Positions 1-9,095 of a DNA stretch of 64,000 bases are shown one piece after another. The DNA lies in the NCBI GenBank assembly GCA_041649615.1, contig JBAZMT010000003.1, positions 1,297-65,296 on the forward strand, given 5' to 3'. This DNA comes from Parcubacteria group bacterium (GTDB lineage Bacteria > Patescibacteriota > Minisyncoccia > UBA6257 > Colwellbacteraceae). A program made the position numbers and the translations under genes. The number at the start of each line of letters is the position of its first letter. Positions within the stretch are counted from its first letter, which is position 1. The notes below the pieces were generated by a model that worked only from the letters and a program-made list of their open reading frames with translations, did not search any database and was not told the DNA's origin.

Positions 1-186
1 AAGCTCGGTCATGGACACGTGCTTCCGATTGCTGGGTTAGAGAGACGCGGACCAGATGGGCGATGGGCTTCGGCCGGAGGGCTTCGGTCACATCAAGCGA
101 AGGCTGAAGATTGGGAAGTCTTCGAAGAGAAGGCATGAAGGACAGTCAAACGTTCTAAGCGAATCCTATCGAGTCGGCGGTACTGA

Positions 187-3100
187 ATGTCCAAGATCGT
201 CCCCAACATACTACGAAACCTGATCACTGGTTCGTTCATGCCGTATGCTTATTATACGGGATCGAACGTCAAGGACATCACGACAGGTGACTTGTGTTGG
301 ATGTATTCCAACTCTGGACAGACGACTTCGTATCTGCGCACGCAACAAGGACAAGACATAGCTCCAGCGCAGGTTGCAACGGGACCAGGCCTTTACGTCG
401 TTGCATCGGCTCAGGACAGTTCTGGGAACATCCACTTCTTGTGCGAGTACGGTGGAGGGTTCTGTTACGCAAGAGCAACGATCACGCGGTCTGGTGGCCA
501 CATTACAGGATGGTCTGTCACCGACCCGTTCTACTTGCCGGCGATGACGTCTTCGCTAGGTGGCACACCATGGGGCGGCACAATTGCGATCATCAAAAAC
601 GGCAATGGTACCGAACGAGTGATGATCGTTCGGCTCGATGGAAGTGATACGACTCAATACTGTGCGGCATTGATTCATGCTCCACTCGATGCAGATGCCG
701 AATCGGACTTCGTTTCTCTTGCAGGTGTTGCGTCTACTTGGACGAAGGCCCCGACTCAGACTGCTTCGACTAACGTCGATGCTCCGTATTGCTTCAACGT
801 AGCGATTGAGCAACTTGGAACCAGCGCTAGCACGAACGGGAACTTCTTCGTCGTCGCTGGAGCGTCGTCTCGAGGTGACGTTGCCAACTATGCGTGCTCC
901 GTCGTTGGGTTCCGTGCGGTTGCTAGTGGCACGACATGGACGCTTGAAACTGGCACTCCGCGCACTCTTGCAGCAGAAAGCTACGAGTCGTTCTGTCTGC
1001 ATTCGTGCAAGGATGCTGATGGGAATGCCTATTTCGGATGGTGCACCCGAGCAACGGATTCGGCAGTTGTCACGTTTGGATTGTCGAAGGTGGCCGTAGA
1101 TGGAACCTTCACTCAGTCGTGGCTATCGTCGACATCGAGTGCTCAAGGTGAGTTGTCGATGTTCCCTGCCGTCTGCGATGACGGCACGGTGATTCTAGGG
1201 ATGGTTCCTGGTGACGTTGGTAGCTCGACCACGGAACAGGAAGTTCGTGTCTACTCAGGAGGCAATTGGTACACGTATCGAGCGGGAACGAACAAGTGGG
1301 TTGCCGCCACAGATCTAGGATGGGCGAACACTGGTTCCAGAGGTTGGAACAACGGCATCATTCTGTCGTGGGGATCTGGGAACACCGGTATCTTCGCCAA
1401 CGGCTCTTTCCACGTTCGTACCGGCAGTGAGACGGGCGTTCTCTACGAGAACTGGTCATGGCCAGTCTATTCAGGTACGGCAACTCTTTCGCCAACGTAC
1501 GCTCCAGCAGTCCCGCATTCAACTCGGGACATGCATATCTGTGTCGCGATACAGAAGAGCACGTCGGCGAGCGGTGGGACTATCACGTTCCCATCAGGTT
1601 GGACCGGACGAGGCGAAATCCTAGGCGCTGGAGGGTACGCTTCTCAAGCTGTCGACACTGGCAATGTTGATGTTTCGATCGCAACCAAGGATTCAGTAGA
1701 CGGTACTGAATCAGGTTCGATCAATGTCACTCTTGGGTCGTACAATACTGCCGGCGGTTTGATGATTCGGGCTACGAAGGCCGGCGATGGAACGTGGTCT
1801 TACGCTTCGGTTACTGGCAGCGATATCACTTCTGGTGCGGCTCTTTCGGTCACTTACACTTCGGCGATCGATCTAGCTCCAGGCGACTTGCTTGTGATTG
1901 CATGGGGTCAACCGACAGATGTCACGACTCCGAAGCAACTCACTGGTCAGGCAATTTCGGCGACTGGAATCACGTTTGGTGAAGTGACTCAACTGGCCGA
2001 GTTCGATTCGGCAACGGGCAACGATCTAGGCGGATCTGTATGGGTCTGTAGAGTGCTCTCTGGTTCCGGTACTGTCACACCGACGTTCACGGCAACGGCT
2101 TCAGGCACGACGACCAACGTCCGCGGTGGATCGGTTCTGTTGAGATTGAGAGAGGTCTCTTCAACGACAGAATCGTTGGCTTCTCAGTCTGTAGGCATCA
2201 CGAGCATTTCTGCAAACATCAGCGTGACTCGTGAAGTCAATTCGGTTAGCAACGGTTCTTCAGCTGTCAGTAGTGCGATCAACGTTTCGACTGCTGTCAC
2301 TTCGGTAGCTGGGACTAGTAGCGGAACCTCAGTTGTAAGCGGACCAGGACTCAGAATTCGAACTCGTCTTGGATCTAGTGTTGCAGGCTCTTCCACCGTT
2401 GCAGGTGGAGTCTCAAGAAAGAGAGGCGTCCTTGGAAGCAGCACTGGCACATCTGGTGTCGTAAGCAACGTCTCAAGGAAGAGAGGCGTCCTTGGAAGCA
2501 GCACTGGCACTTCTAGCGTTGGAAGTAGTGTTTCAAGGAAGAGAGGCGTCCTTGGAAATAGCGATGGCGTTTCTTCTGTCGGTAGTTCGATCAACGTTTC
2601 GACTGCTTCTACTTCTGTCAGCGGAACTAGCAACGGAACCTCGGTTGTAAGTGGAACCGGTCTTGGAATTCGAACTCGTCTTGGATCTAGTGTTACTGGT
2701 ACCGCAGGCGTAGGAGGCAATGTCTCAAGGCGGAGAGGTGTCGTTGGGACGAGCAACGGGTCATCGATTGTTCAAGGATCGTTGATGATTCGTACGTCAA
2801 TTGCCAGTCTCATATCAGGATCGTCTCTAACCGATATCGACTTGAATGTTCTCAAAGCCGCGATCGGTTCTTCGTCAAGCTCTTCTCTAGTGAACGGTGA
2901 AACCCTAATCACTAGAGGCATGATTGTCGAAATTGAAGCCTCTTCAACTATCAACGGTTCGATAGGAGTGTTCAAGCGACTTCAGTCTACGATCGCCGGT
3001 GTCGCTTCGGTAGTAGCTAGCTTCGACGCAGACGTCGCTGGAACTTCGAACGGTGTCGCATCAGTACTTGGCGGGCTCATTGTAGTTCGGTCTGTCAATG

Positions 3101-3537
3101 CTGCGTCCAGCGGCAAAGCTTCGGTGTCTGGGGCTGCGAAGGTCTTTTGCTTCCTAACTGGAAACAGCAACGGATCTTCAATATCCGATGCTGACTTGAT
3201 CAACTTCGTTCGACAGTCTGGTCAATCCAATGGTCTAGCGACCATTTCTGCGGCTCTGCAAGTGCATGAAGGTAGAGAACTTCTAGCTTCGGAATCGGAT
3301 GGTCAAAGCGTCATAGATGGAACTCTTCTCGTATCGAAAGCCCTGAACGTTTCGAGTGCAGGGTTGTCCAATCTTGTAGCTTCGTTGGGCGTCACAGGCA
3401 TCGGCGAAGACATCGACCTAGGCCTGAACTTGTCTAGAGGACGTGCTCGAGTCAGGGGGTCGTTGACGATGATGAAGTTCACGAGTAGTCAATCTAAGAA
3501 AACCAATCCTCGCATCATTACAAGGACTGTCCGATGA
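187..3537 (+). CDS. large (1116 aa) Ser/Gly/Thr-rich repetitive virion-associated protein (putative fibre/adhesin-like structural protein)
   Basis: Long ORF with ATG at 187. Internal tandem repeats VSRKRGVLGSSTGTS x3 and a ~50-aa duplicated unit (INVSTA..GIRTRLGSSV). Lies upstream of the tail genes. Function inferred from composition only. Confidence 0.6.
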   Translation: MSKIVPNILRNLITGSFMPYAYYTGSNVKDITTGDLCWMYSNSGQTTSYLRTQQGQDIAPAQVATGPGLYVVASAQDSSGNIHFLCEYGGGFCYARATITRSGGHITGWSVTDPFYLPAMTSSLGGTPWGGTIAIIKNGNGTERVMIVRLDGSDTTQYCAALIHAPLDADAESDFVSLAGVASTWTKAPTQTASTNVDAPYCFNVAIEQLGTSASTNGNFFVVAGASSRGDVANYACSVVGFRAVASGTTWTLETGTPRTLAAESYESFCLHSCKDADGNAYFGWCTRATDSAVVTFGLSKVAVDGTFTQSWLSSTSSAQGELSMFPAVCDDGTVILGMVPGDVGSSTTEQEVRVYSGGNWYTYRAGTNKWVAATDLGWANTGSRGWNNGIILSWGSGNTGIFANGSFHVRTGSETGVLYENWSWPVYSGTATLSPTYAPAVPHSTRDMHICVAIQKSTSASGGTITFPSGWTGRGEILGAGGYASQAVDTGNVDVSIATKDSVDGTESGSINVTLGSYNTAGGLMIRATKAGDGTWSYASVTGSDITSGAALSVTYTSAIDLAPGDLLVIAWGQPTDVTTPKQLTGQAISATGITFGEVTQLAEFDSATGNDLGGSVWVCRVLSGSGTVTPTFTATASGTTTNVRGGSVLLRLREVSSTTESLASQSVGITSISANISVTREVNSVSNGSSAVSSAINVSTAVTSVAGTSSGTSVVSGPGLRIRTRLGSSVAGSSTVAGGVSRKRGVLGSSTGTSGVVSNVSRKRGVLGSSTGTSSVGSSVSRKRGVLGNSDGVSSVGSSINVSTASTSVSGTSNGTSVVSGTGLGIRTRLGSSVTGTAGVGGNVSRRRGVVGTSNGSSIVQGSLMIRTSIASLISGSSLTDIDLNVLKAAIGSSSSSSLVNGETLITRGMIVEIEASSTINGSIGVFKRLQSTIAGVASVVASFDADVAGTSNGVASVLGGLIVVRSVNAASSGKASVSGAAKVFCFLTGNSNGSSISDADLINFVRQSGQSNGLATISAALQVHEGRELLASESDGQSVIDGTLLVSKALNVSSAGLSNLVASLGVTGIGEDIDLGLNLSRGRARVRGSLTMMKFTSSQSKKTNPRIITRTVR
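2401..2580 (+). repeat. three tandem 60-bp repeats (coding VSRKRGVLGSSTGTSxVxS) flanked by a ~150-bp, ~85%-identical direct duplication (about 2277-2430 vs 2590-2743)
   Basis: Read directly: tctcaaGAaagagaggcgtccttggaagcagcactggcac recurs with a 60-nt period at 2411, 2471 and 2531. Confidence 0.8.
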
Positions 3538-4556
3538 CTGACATCATCAAGCTTGGAGACACGGTAGTCGTCTACGGTACGTTGCTAGTCAACGACACAC
3601 CAACTGATCCAACCTCTCTTCGTCTCGAGATTCAAGATCCAGCTGGGACGTTGACTGAGTACGTTTGGACGGTAGATGCCGAAGTTGTGCGCGATAGCGT
3701 TGGTTCGTTCCATTACAACTTGATGGTGACGCAGAACGGAAACTGGATCTACAGATGGTTCAGCAACGGCGCGCTCACCGCGTTCGAAACTGGAACGATC
3801 GAAGTTGCGAACACGGTTGTCATTCAAACCGTCAGCAATGCAGTTCCGTCTGTTGCAGTGCCGTTCGTCACGTTCCGTATCTGGGACGGTGATGGAGCTA
3901 TTGTCGACACCGGATTTGATCCCCAACGAACCGACGCGAACGGCTCACTCTCAATTGCGTTGCCAGATGGTTCGTACCGACTGTCATCGACCAAGTTGAA
4001 TTGGATCTTCGACGTTCTCTACTTCGACATCTCTACGACACCGACTACTGTGCAACTCATCGGGCGCCCGATGGAAACTCGATGGCTGCAATGGGAAGAC
4101 CTCGAATCGATCGTGGATGTGGCCACAATCGACAGGCTCTTCAACGACAAGAATACGGCGATCCGTGACATGGTGCTCACCGAGCAGGTAATTCAGCAAG
4201 CCGAGACTCTTGCCGAAAGCCAGTTGCTTCGAAGTTGGACGCAGCAACAGATCGTGGACCTTGCCGCTCATGACCCCGCGCTTCGAGCTCAAGCGGCATG
4301 GCTCGCGCTGGAAGCCGCGTCTGAGCGCCGGCAAGAGTTCATCGCCGCTGATGGGAAGGGTCGGTATTGGGCGCAATACGAACGCTCGATGGCCTACTTC
4401 AAAGACCTGAGCAAGAGCAAGAGCCAGAGCCGCGGCGAAGAAACGGCCGGTCATGGTTCGAATGCCGGTGGTTCGTTGCGCCCAGCATTGCGACCGCGGC
4501 AAGCTCGGCGCATCTTCGCTGACGAGCCCGATGGAAGCGGGCATGGTGGCTTCTAA
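3534..4556 (+). CDS. hypothetical protein (structural module)
   Basis: 340-aa ORF; its start overlaps the upstream stop (ATGA); protein-like composition. Confidence 0.55.
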   Translation: MTDIIKLGDTVVVYGTLLVNDTPTDPTSLRLEIQDPAGTLTEYVWTVDAEVVRDSVGSFHYNLMVTQNGNWIYRWFSNGALTAFETGTIEVANTVVIQTVSNAVPSVAVPFVTFRIWDGDGAIVDTGFDPQRTDANGSLSIALPDGSYRLSSTKLNWIFDVLYFDISTTPTTVQLIGRPMETRWLQWEDLESIVDVATIDRLFNDKNTAIRDMVLTEQVIQQAETLAESQLLRSWTQQQIVDLAAHDPALRAQAAWLALEAASERRQEFIAADGKGRYWAQYERSMAYFKDLSKSKSQSRGEETAGHGSNAGGSLRPALRPRQARRIFADEPDGSGHGGF

Positions 4557-4975
4557 TGTCTGAAGAGATTGTCGAGTTCGATGGCAGCGAAGTGACCAAG
4601 GAGCTTAGGAAGCTCCAGGTTCGCGGCTACAACTTGGCAGAAGTCAACATGCAACTCGCACAGATCCTTCACGTCATGGTGGAGGACAAGTTCGAGAACG
4701 AAGGGCCAGGTTGGCAACCGTTCGCCGATTCGACGCTTCGGCGTCGTCGTCATTCCAAGTCACCAAAGCTCCTTCAAGACTCTGGTGATATGGTCGGCAG
4801 CTTGACGCCGTTTGGTGATCCCGAATACGCCGAAGTCTTCACGAATAAGGCGTACGCTCGCTATCACCTCGAAGGCGATGGCGTGCCGCAACGTGACTTC
4901 TTTGATATCGACGTACCCAAGGCGTTGGAGATGTTCGATGAGATCCTTACTACCGAGATCGCGAGGGGACGATGA
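4556..4975 (+). CDS. phage virion morphogenesis protein (Mu gpG / Phage_tail_S-like)
   Basis: Motif GPGWQPFADSTLRRR...SPKLLQDSGDMVGSL matches the W-x-P-L-x-x-T-x-x-R...ILxDTGxL signature of the Mu G family. Confidence 0.55.
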   Translation: MSEEIVEFDGSEVTKELRKLQVRGYNLAEVNMQLAQILHVMVEDKFENEGPGWQPFADSTLRRRRHSKSPKLLQDSGDMVGSLTPFGDPEYAEVFTNKAYARYHLEGDGVPQRDFFDIDVPKALEMFDEILTTEIARGR

Positions 4976-6000
4976 CTGACACGATGCGAAGCAACGCGAG
5001 CGTGATCGAACTTGCTCGAGACATCATGGCCGCGATTCTGCCCGTCACCGGAACCCGCGGTACCGGCAAAGTCCTCGTCAGAACCAAAGGCAAGACGCCC
5101 GTCTACTTGCCGCGCAATTGGTACCTGATGCCGCTCGTCAATGGAGCCGTGCGTGAAGAGCTCCTGTTCAAGGTTGGGCAAGGCCCGGGTCGTGCGCTCT
5201 ATCCCGAAGGCAAGCGGCGCAAGGCGAGCCCAGATGAACCCGATGCCGAATCATGGTGGGTGATTCAACCGGGTGGCACCCTCGTTGACATCGTGTCGGT
5301 GACCGGTGGGGTGCGCCACAATCTGCCCAAGGGCACTCGCTTCACGTTCGACCCGAACCATCCAGATCTGGAAGTCGAAGGCATCCTCCAGAACGCCATT
5401 ACCGACGGCGCCGATCCAACGCACTTCGGCGGATGCAAGAGCGTTGTCCAGTTCGAGCAACTGAACGCCCCGACTGCCTCGCTGGACGCATTTCGCGCAG
5501 CCGTAGGCAAGTTCCCCGCGGTCGTCATCGTGTGGGATGGTAGTGAGCCAGCCGATGGCACCACACAGAGCAGCATTGACCGAGGTCGAACGCGCGTTGG
5601 TTCGGTGTCGCAACTCTTCAAGGAGCGCTTCAATATCTTCGTGCTCAGCGAGCGGTTGGATAGCGGGCAACTTCGATCAGCCGAAGGCTTGAAGTTACTT
5701 GACGATATCACCTATTGGCTGACGGACTTGCAGGCTGTTGACGGCGAGATCTTCAGCTCCCCGACCGGTGTTCAGGTTCGAGGGCGAGCACGTATTTCTG
5801 GCGATAGTGCGGCCTACCAAGCCGTCTACATCTACATGCTCCAGATCAGCGTCACGTCGTGCATCGTGCCTTACGACTCGCGAACGTTCCATCCGTGGCT
5901 CCGAACGCATAACGAGATCTCAACGTTCCAGAAAGATGGAGCCGGTGAGCGAAAGGTCGTAGTCTCCCAGGACATCGACATGACGGCCGGTTCGGAGTAG
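4972..6000 (+). CDS. hypothetical protein (head/tail structural module)
   Basis: 342-aa ORF, translationally coupled (ATGA) to the upstream gene. Confidence 0.55.
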   Translation: MTDTMRSNASVIELARDIMAAILPVTGTRGTGKVLVRTKGKTPVYLPRNWYLMPLVNGAVREELLFKVGQGPGRALYPEGKRRKASPDEPDAESWWVIQPGGTLVDIVSVTGGVRHNLPKGTRFTFDPNHPDLEVEGILQNAITDGADPTHFGGCKSVVQFEQLNAPTASLDAFRAAVGKFPAVVIVWDGSEPADGTTQSSIDRGRTRVGSVSQLFKERFNIFVLSERLDSGQLRSAEGLKLLDDITYWLTDLQAVDGEIFSSPTGVQVRGRARISGDSAAYQAVYIYMLQISVTSCIVPYDSRTFHPWLRTHNEISTFQKDGAGERKVVVSQDIDMTAGSE

Positions 6001-6019
6001 ATTCGCAAGGAGGTTAGCC

Positions 6020-6427
6020 GTGCCAGAGTTCCACTATGTATCCTCAGTCAAGGGCCATCTCGTAACGAGGTTCCCTTCCCTACGGTCGAGCGTTGCTCAG
6101 TTCATTGGAGCAACGCGCAAAGGAAAGACGATCGTTTGGGACACGACAGAAGTCGTCGCCATCTCCGACAAGGAATGGCAGACGTATCGGCGCGAATATC
6201 GGCGTTGTCTTGCCGACAAGTCGATCGTCGAACGGACCAAGGAAGATTTCGAAGCCTACGTCAAGGAAAAGACTGAACGCGAGACCAAGGCTTTGGAAGC
6301 GGCCAAGGCGGATGCCGATGCGAAAGCGGCGGAAGAAGCCAAAGCAAACGAACAACCCACTTCGGAGGGGTCACCCCAACCGGCTGAGGGCACGTCACAA
6401 CCAAAAGGAAAGAGGGCTACTCGATAG
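6020..6427 (+). CDS. hypothetical protein with K/E/A-rich C-terminus
   Basis: GTG start 7 nt after an AAGGAGG ribosome-binding site; 135 aa. Confidence 0.5.
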   Translation: MPEFHYVSSVKGHLVTRFPSLRSSVAQFIGATRKGKTIVWDTTEVVAISDKEWQTYRREYRRCLADKSIVERTKEDFEAYVKEKTERETKALEAAKADADAKAAEEAKANEQPTSEGSPQPAEGTSQPKGKRATR

Positions 6428-6447
6428 GCCCCTGAAGGAGCACGATC

Positions 6448-7980
6448 ATGTCTCTACCTCTCGCAGTTAGCCCAAGCGTTCTGACGCCGGGGCTCTACCT
6501 CAAAGTCAACCTGCTCGCGGGAGCCGGCTCGGTAAGCTCGGCTATCTTACGAGTCCTGTTGATGGCTTCGAAGTCGTCGACCGGTACCCTCACCAATGAC
6601 ACCGAGGTTCGAGTCGGTGGGGGCGAAGACTCGGCTGGAATTGCCTACGGTGTCGGCACTCCCGGGCATCTCGCAGCGAAGCAACTCTACAAGGCGTATC
6701 CAAGCGCCGTCGTAGACTTCGTGTCGCCAGCGCCAGGGTCTGGCGTTGCTACCACGACCATCACGGTGAGCGGCGCTCCAACGGCGAACACCGGTATCGA
6801 AGTCACCGCCAAGGGGTTGATCTTCGACGTTGGATGGCTCGTTGGCGAAACGCCCGACAACGTACGTGACAAGATCATTGTCGCCATCAATAGCCGTACT
6901 GAACGCCTTCCGTTCGTTGCGTCGATCGGTGGAACTGGGATTGTCACTTGCACGTTCAAGACGGCAGGGCGTGTCGGCAACGATTGCAAGATCCGTTGCC
7001 GATTGACGGTTCCGCAGACGGGCACCGAAGCCGTTCTGCCGACCACGATGACGAACTTCTCTGGCGGCTCTACCGACGCGGACTTCACGAACGCGATGGA
7101 TGCTGCTCAGGGGCGTGAGTACCACTTCATCGTTCCTTGCATCAGCAATACCGACGCGTGCACGACTTCAAGTTCGAGCAACGTTGAACGTCTGTTGGCT
7201 CACATCCAACAATTCAACGAGGGCATCGACGCGAAGCTTCAGTCGATCGTTTACGCGAGCACTTCGAGTCAAGCGCTTGCTGAAGCGGCCGCTGTCGCGC
7301 GGAACGTTGGCTACTGTCAGCACGTTCTTTGCGTCAACGGTGGGTCGTTGCCTTGCGAGTTTGCGGCTGCCGAAGCCGGTGACCGTTTGGCGGCCATCAG
7401 TCTCGATCCAGCGGCGAACCGTATCGGGAACATCATCGGGAACGAACTCTACGGTTCTGCCGATGTCACCACCGACAAGCCAACACCTTCGCAGACCGAA
7501 AGCGCCATCGGCAACGGTGTCTCGATCATCAGCTACGACATGGCGGAGAACCTCCTTGCGGTTCGCCCCGTCACTACGTACTCGCAGAACTCGGCGGGTG
7601 GCCCCGATCGTCGGTTGCTCGACACCCAGAACGTCGACGCAACCTACATCATCGCACGCGACCTTCGCTCCTCCATCCCTGCGGAGTTCCCCAATGCCAA
7701 GATCCAGAAGGACTCGGCACCCGGGGCAGACCCCGCTCCGGCAGGAGTCATCGAAGAGCGCGACGTCAAGACGTTCGTCATCTCGCGATTGCGGGCATGG
7801 CAACGGGGCGGCGTCGTGCTCCAGTCCGCGCTGGATGCAGCCATTGCTGACGGTTCGTTGGCTGTCGAAGTCAACGCGAACGACCCGTCGCAAGTCGACA
7901 TCCTCGTTCCACTCCAAATCATCCCGCCTCTGGCCAAGTTCGGCGTCGTGGTCAACCGCGAGCCCGTCACTGTCACCTAA
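6448..7980 (+). CDS. putative contractile tail sheath protein
   Basis: 510-aa protein immediately upstream of a 125-aa tube-like protein, a chaperone-size ORF and the tape measure gene (canonical myovirus order). No diagnostic motif was recognised; the call rests on size and synteny. Confidence 0.5.
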   Translation: MSLPLAVSPSVLTPGLYLKVNLLAGAGSVSSAILRVLLMASKSSTGTLTNDTEVRVGGGEDSAGIAYGVGTPGHLAAKQLYKAYPSAVVDFVSPAPGSGVATTTITVSGAPTANTGIEVTAKGLIFDVGWLVGETPDNVRDKIIVAINSRTERLPFVASIGGTGIVTCTFKTAGRVGNDCKIRCRLTVPQTGTEAVLPTTMTNFSGGSTDADFTNAMDAAQGREYHFIVPCISNTDACTTSSSSNVERLLAHIQQFNEGIDAKLQSIVYASTSSQALAEAAAVARNVGYCQHVLCVNGGSLPCEFAAAEAGDRLAAISLDPAANRIGNIIGNELYGSADVTTDKPTPSQTESAIGNGVSIISYDMAENLLAVRPVTTYSQNSAGGPDRRLLDTQNVDATYIIARDLRSSIPAEFPNAKIQKDSAPGADPAPAGVIEERDVKTFVISRLRAWQRGGVVLQSALDAAIADGSLAVEVNANDPSQVDILVPLQIIPPLAKFGVVVNREPVTVT

Positions 7981-7992
7981 GGAGCCTGAATC

Positions 7993-8370
7993 ATGTCGGC
8001 AGAACCACAGAAACTCTATCCTCGTGGTTGGATCGCGATGGGCAATGGCGACCTCATTCAGGTCACCTCTGTCAAGATCGACCACACGAACAACGCGAAG
8101 CAAGTCCACACCATCCGGCGCAAGGGTGCGGGCATCACGCTCGGTGTCGAAGAGACCACGGTGTCGTTCGATGCAGTGGTCGACCAAGATGGTTCCGAGC
8201 GCGATTACCTGAAGATGCTCAAGCGGGGCGACATCAAGCAACTTCGCGTCAAGGTGCCCGGTGAAACCCTCACGATTACGGGCACGGTGAGCGCATTGTC
8301 GAAAGAGCTCCCGCTCGACGCCGAAATCAAGTATTCCATCACCTTCATCGGACGAACGGAGGATAACTAG
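7993..8370 (+). CDS. putative tail tube protein
   Basis: 125-aa ORF between the sheath-like and chaperone/tape-measure genes; call by synteny. Confidence 0.45.
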   Translation: MSAEPQKLYPRGWIAMGNGDLIQVTSVKIDHTNNAKQVHTIRRKGAGITLGVEETTVSFDAVVDQDGSERDYLKMLKRGDIKQLRVKVPGETLTITGTVSALSKELPLDAEIKYSITFIGRTEDN

Positions 8371-8375
8371 CAACC

Positions 8376-8975
8376 ATGCCCAAGATCGACCCTATCACCA
8401 TCGCGCACGATAGACAGAAGCTCATCCAAGAGATTCTGAAGCGGTCTTGGGCTGACCTGCAAGTTCTCGAGTTCCAGGGGCACCTGCTCTTCCCTCATCA
8501 AATCGTGCGCTACACGGCAACGGGCCGCGAATTGATCGATGTGATGTTGCGGGTGCCTCGGGAACCCGTCTCGCGTAAAGCAAGACTTCAAGCTCGGGCT
8601 TGGGCTTCCAAGGTTGGGCTCGACCCTGTTCTCGATCCAGATCTGTTCGACAACATGGACACAATGTGTCTCTTGTCGCTCAGCATCCGCAATCTCACGC
8701 CTCCTCACGAACCTTGGGAACCAGATCCCGCGGTACTCGAAGAGAAGTACGACCGCCCCTCGCTGGATGCGGCATGGGCCCGAATCGAAGCGCTTCGCAT
8801 GGTCATTGACCCGCAAGAGGGTGTCATCGACGAAGACACCTTTGCAATGCTCATCGCTACCATTGCGAAGAAGGGGAACATCGACCCTTTAGCCGTGCTC
8901 GATTCAAATGGGCTACAGAGCTTCATAGTGCGTACGGCGAAGCTTCTTCAGAGCTACCAGCCTTCCGAGTCTTGA
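8376..8975 (+). CDS. putative tail assembly chaperone
   Basis: 199-aa ORF between the tube and tape measure genes; call by position. Confidence 0.35.
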   Translation: MPKIDPITIAHDRQKLIQEILKRSWADLQVLEFQGHLLFPHQIVRYTATGRELIDVMLRVPREPVSRKARLQARAWASKVGLDPVLDPDLFDNMDTMCLLSLSIRNLTPPHEPWEPDPAVLEEKYDRPSLDAAWARIEALRMVIDPQEGVIDEDTFAMLIATIAKKGNIDPLAVLDSNGLQSFIVRTAKLLQSYQPSES

Positions 8976-9095
8976 TGGGAATCGTGCGGTTGCTAGATTG
9001 TGGTCGCATCACAATCAGTGACGTTCGAGGGCTCCTGAAGCCTTCAAGCAATTTCGAAGCGCTCATCAACGTGTTGAGCAAGTAAGGAGCAAGCC

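Noticed and set aside
1-186. Possible 3' end of an upstream gene or promoter for the first large gene
   Set aside because: No ORF runs off the left edge in the supplied track, only a 7-codon ATG...TAA at about 124-147, and no convincing -35/-10 pair was seen; too little evidence to call a feature.
7168-8373. 401-aa minus-strand ORF overlapping the sheath/tube region; also the similar long minus ORFs at 12537-13424, 23774-24664, 30072-31136, 31374-32111 and 35232-36558
   Set aside because: Arg/Asp/Val-rich low-complexity translations, typical of GC-rich shadow frames. Each is fully covered by a well-supported + strand gene with recognisable motifs.
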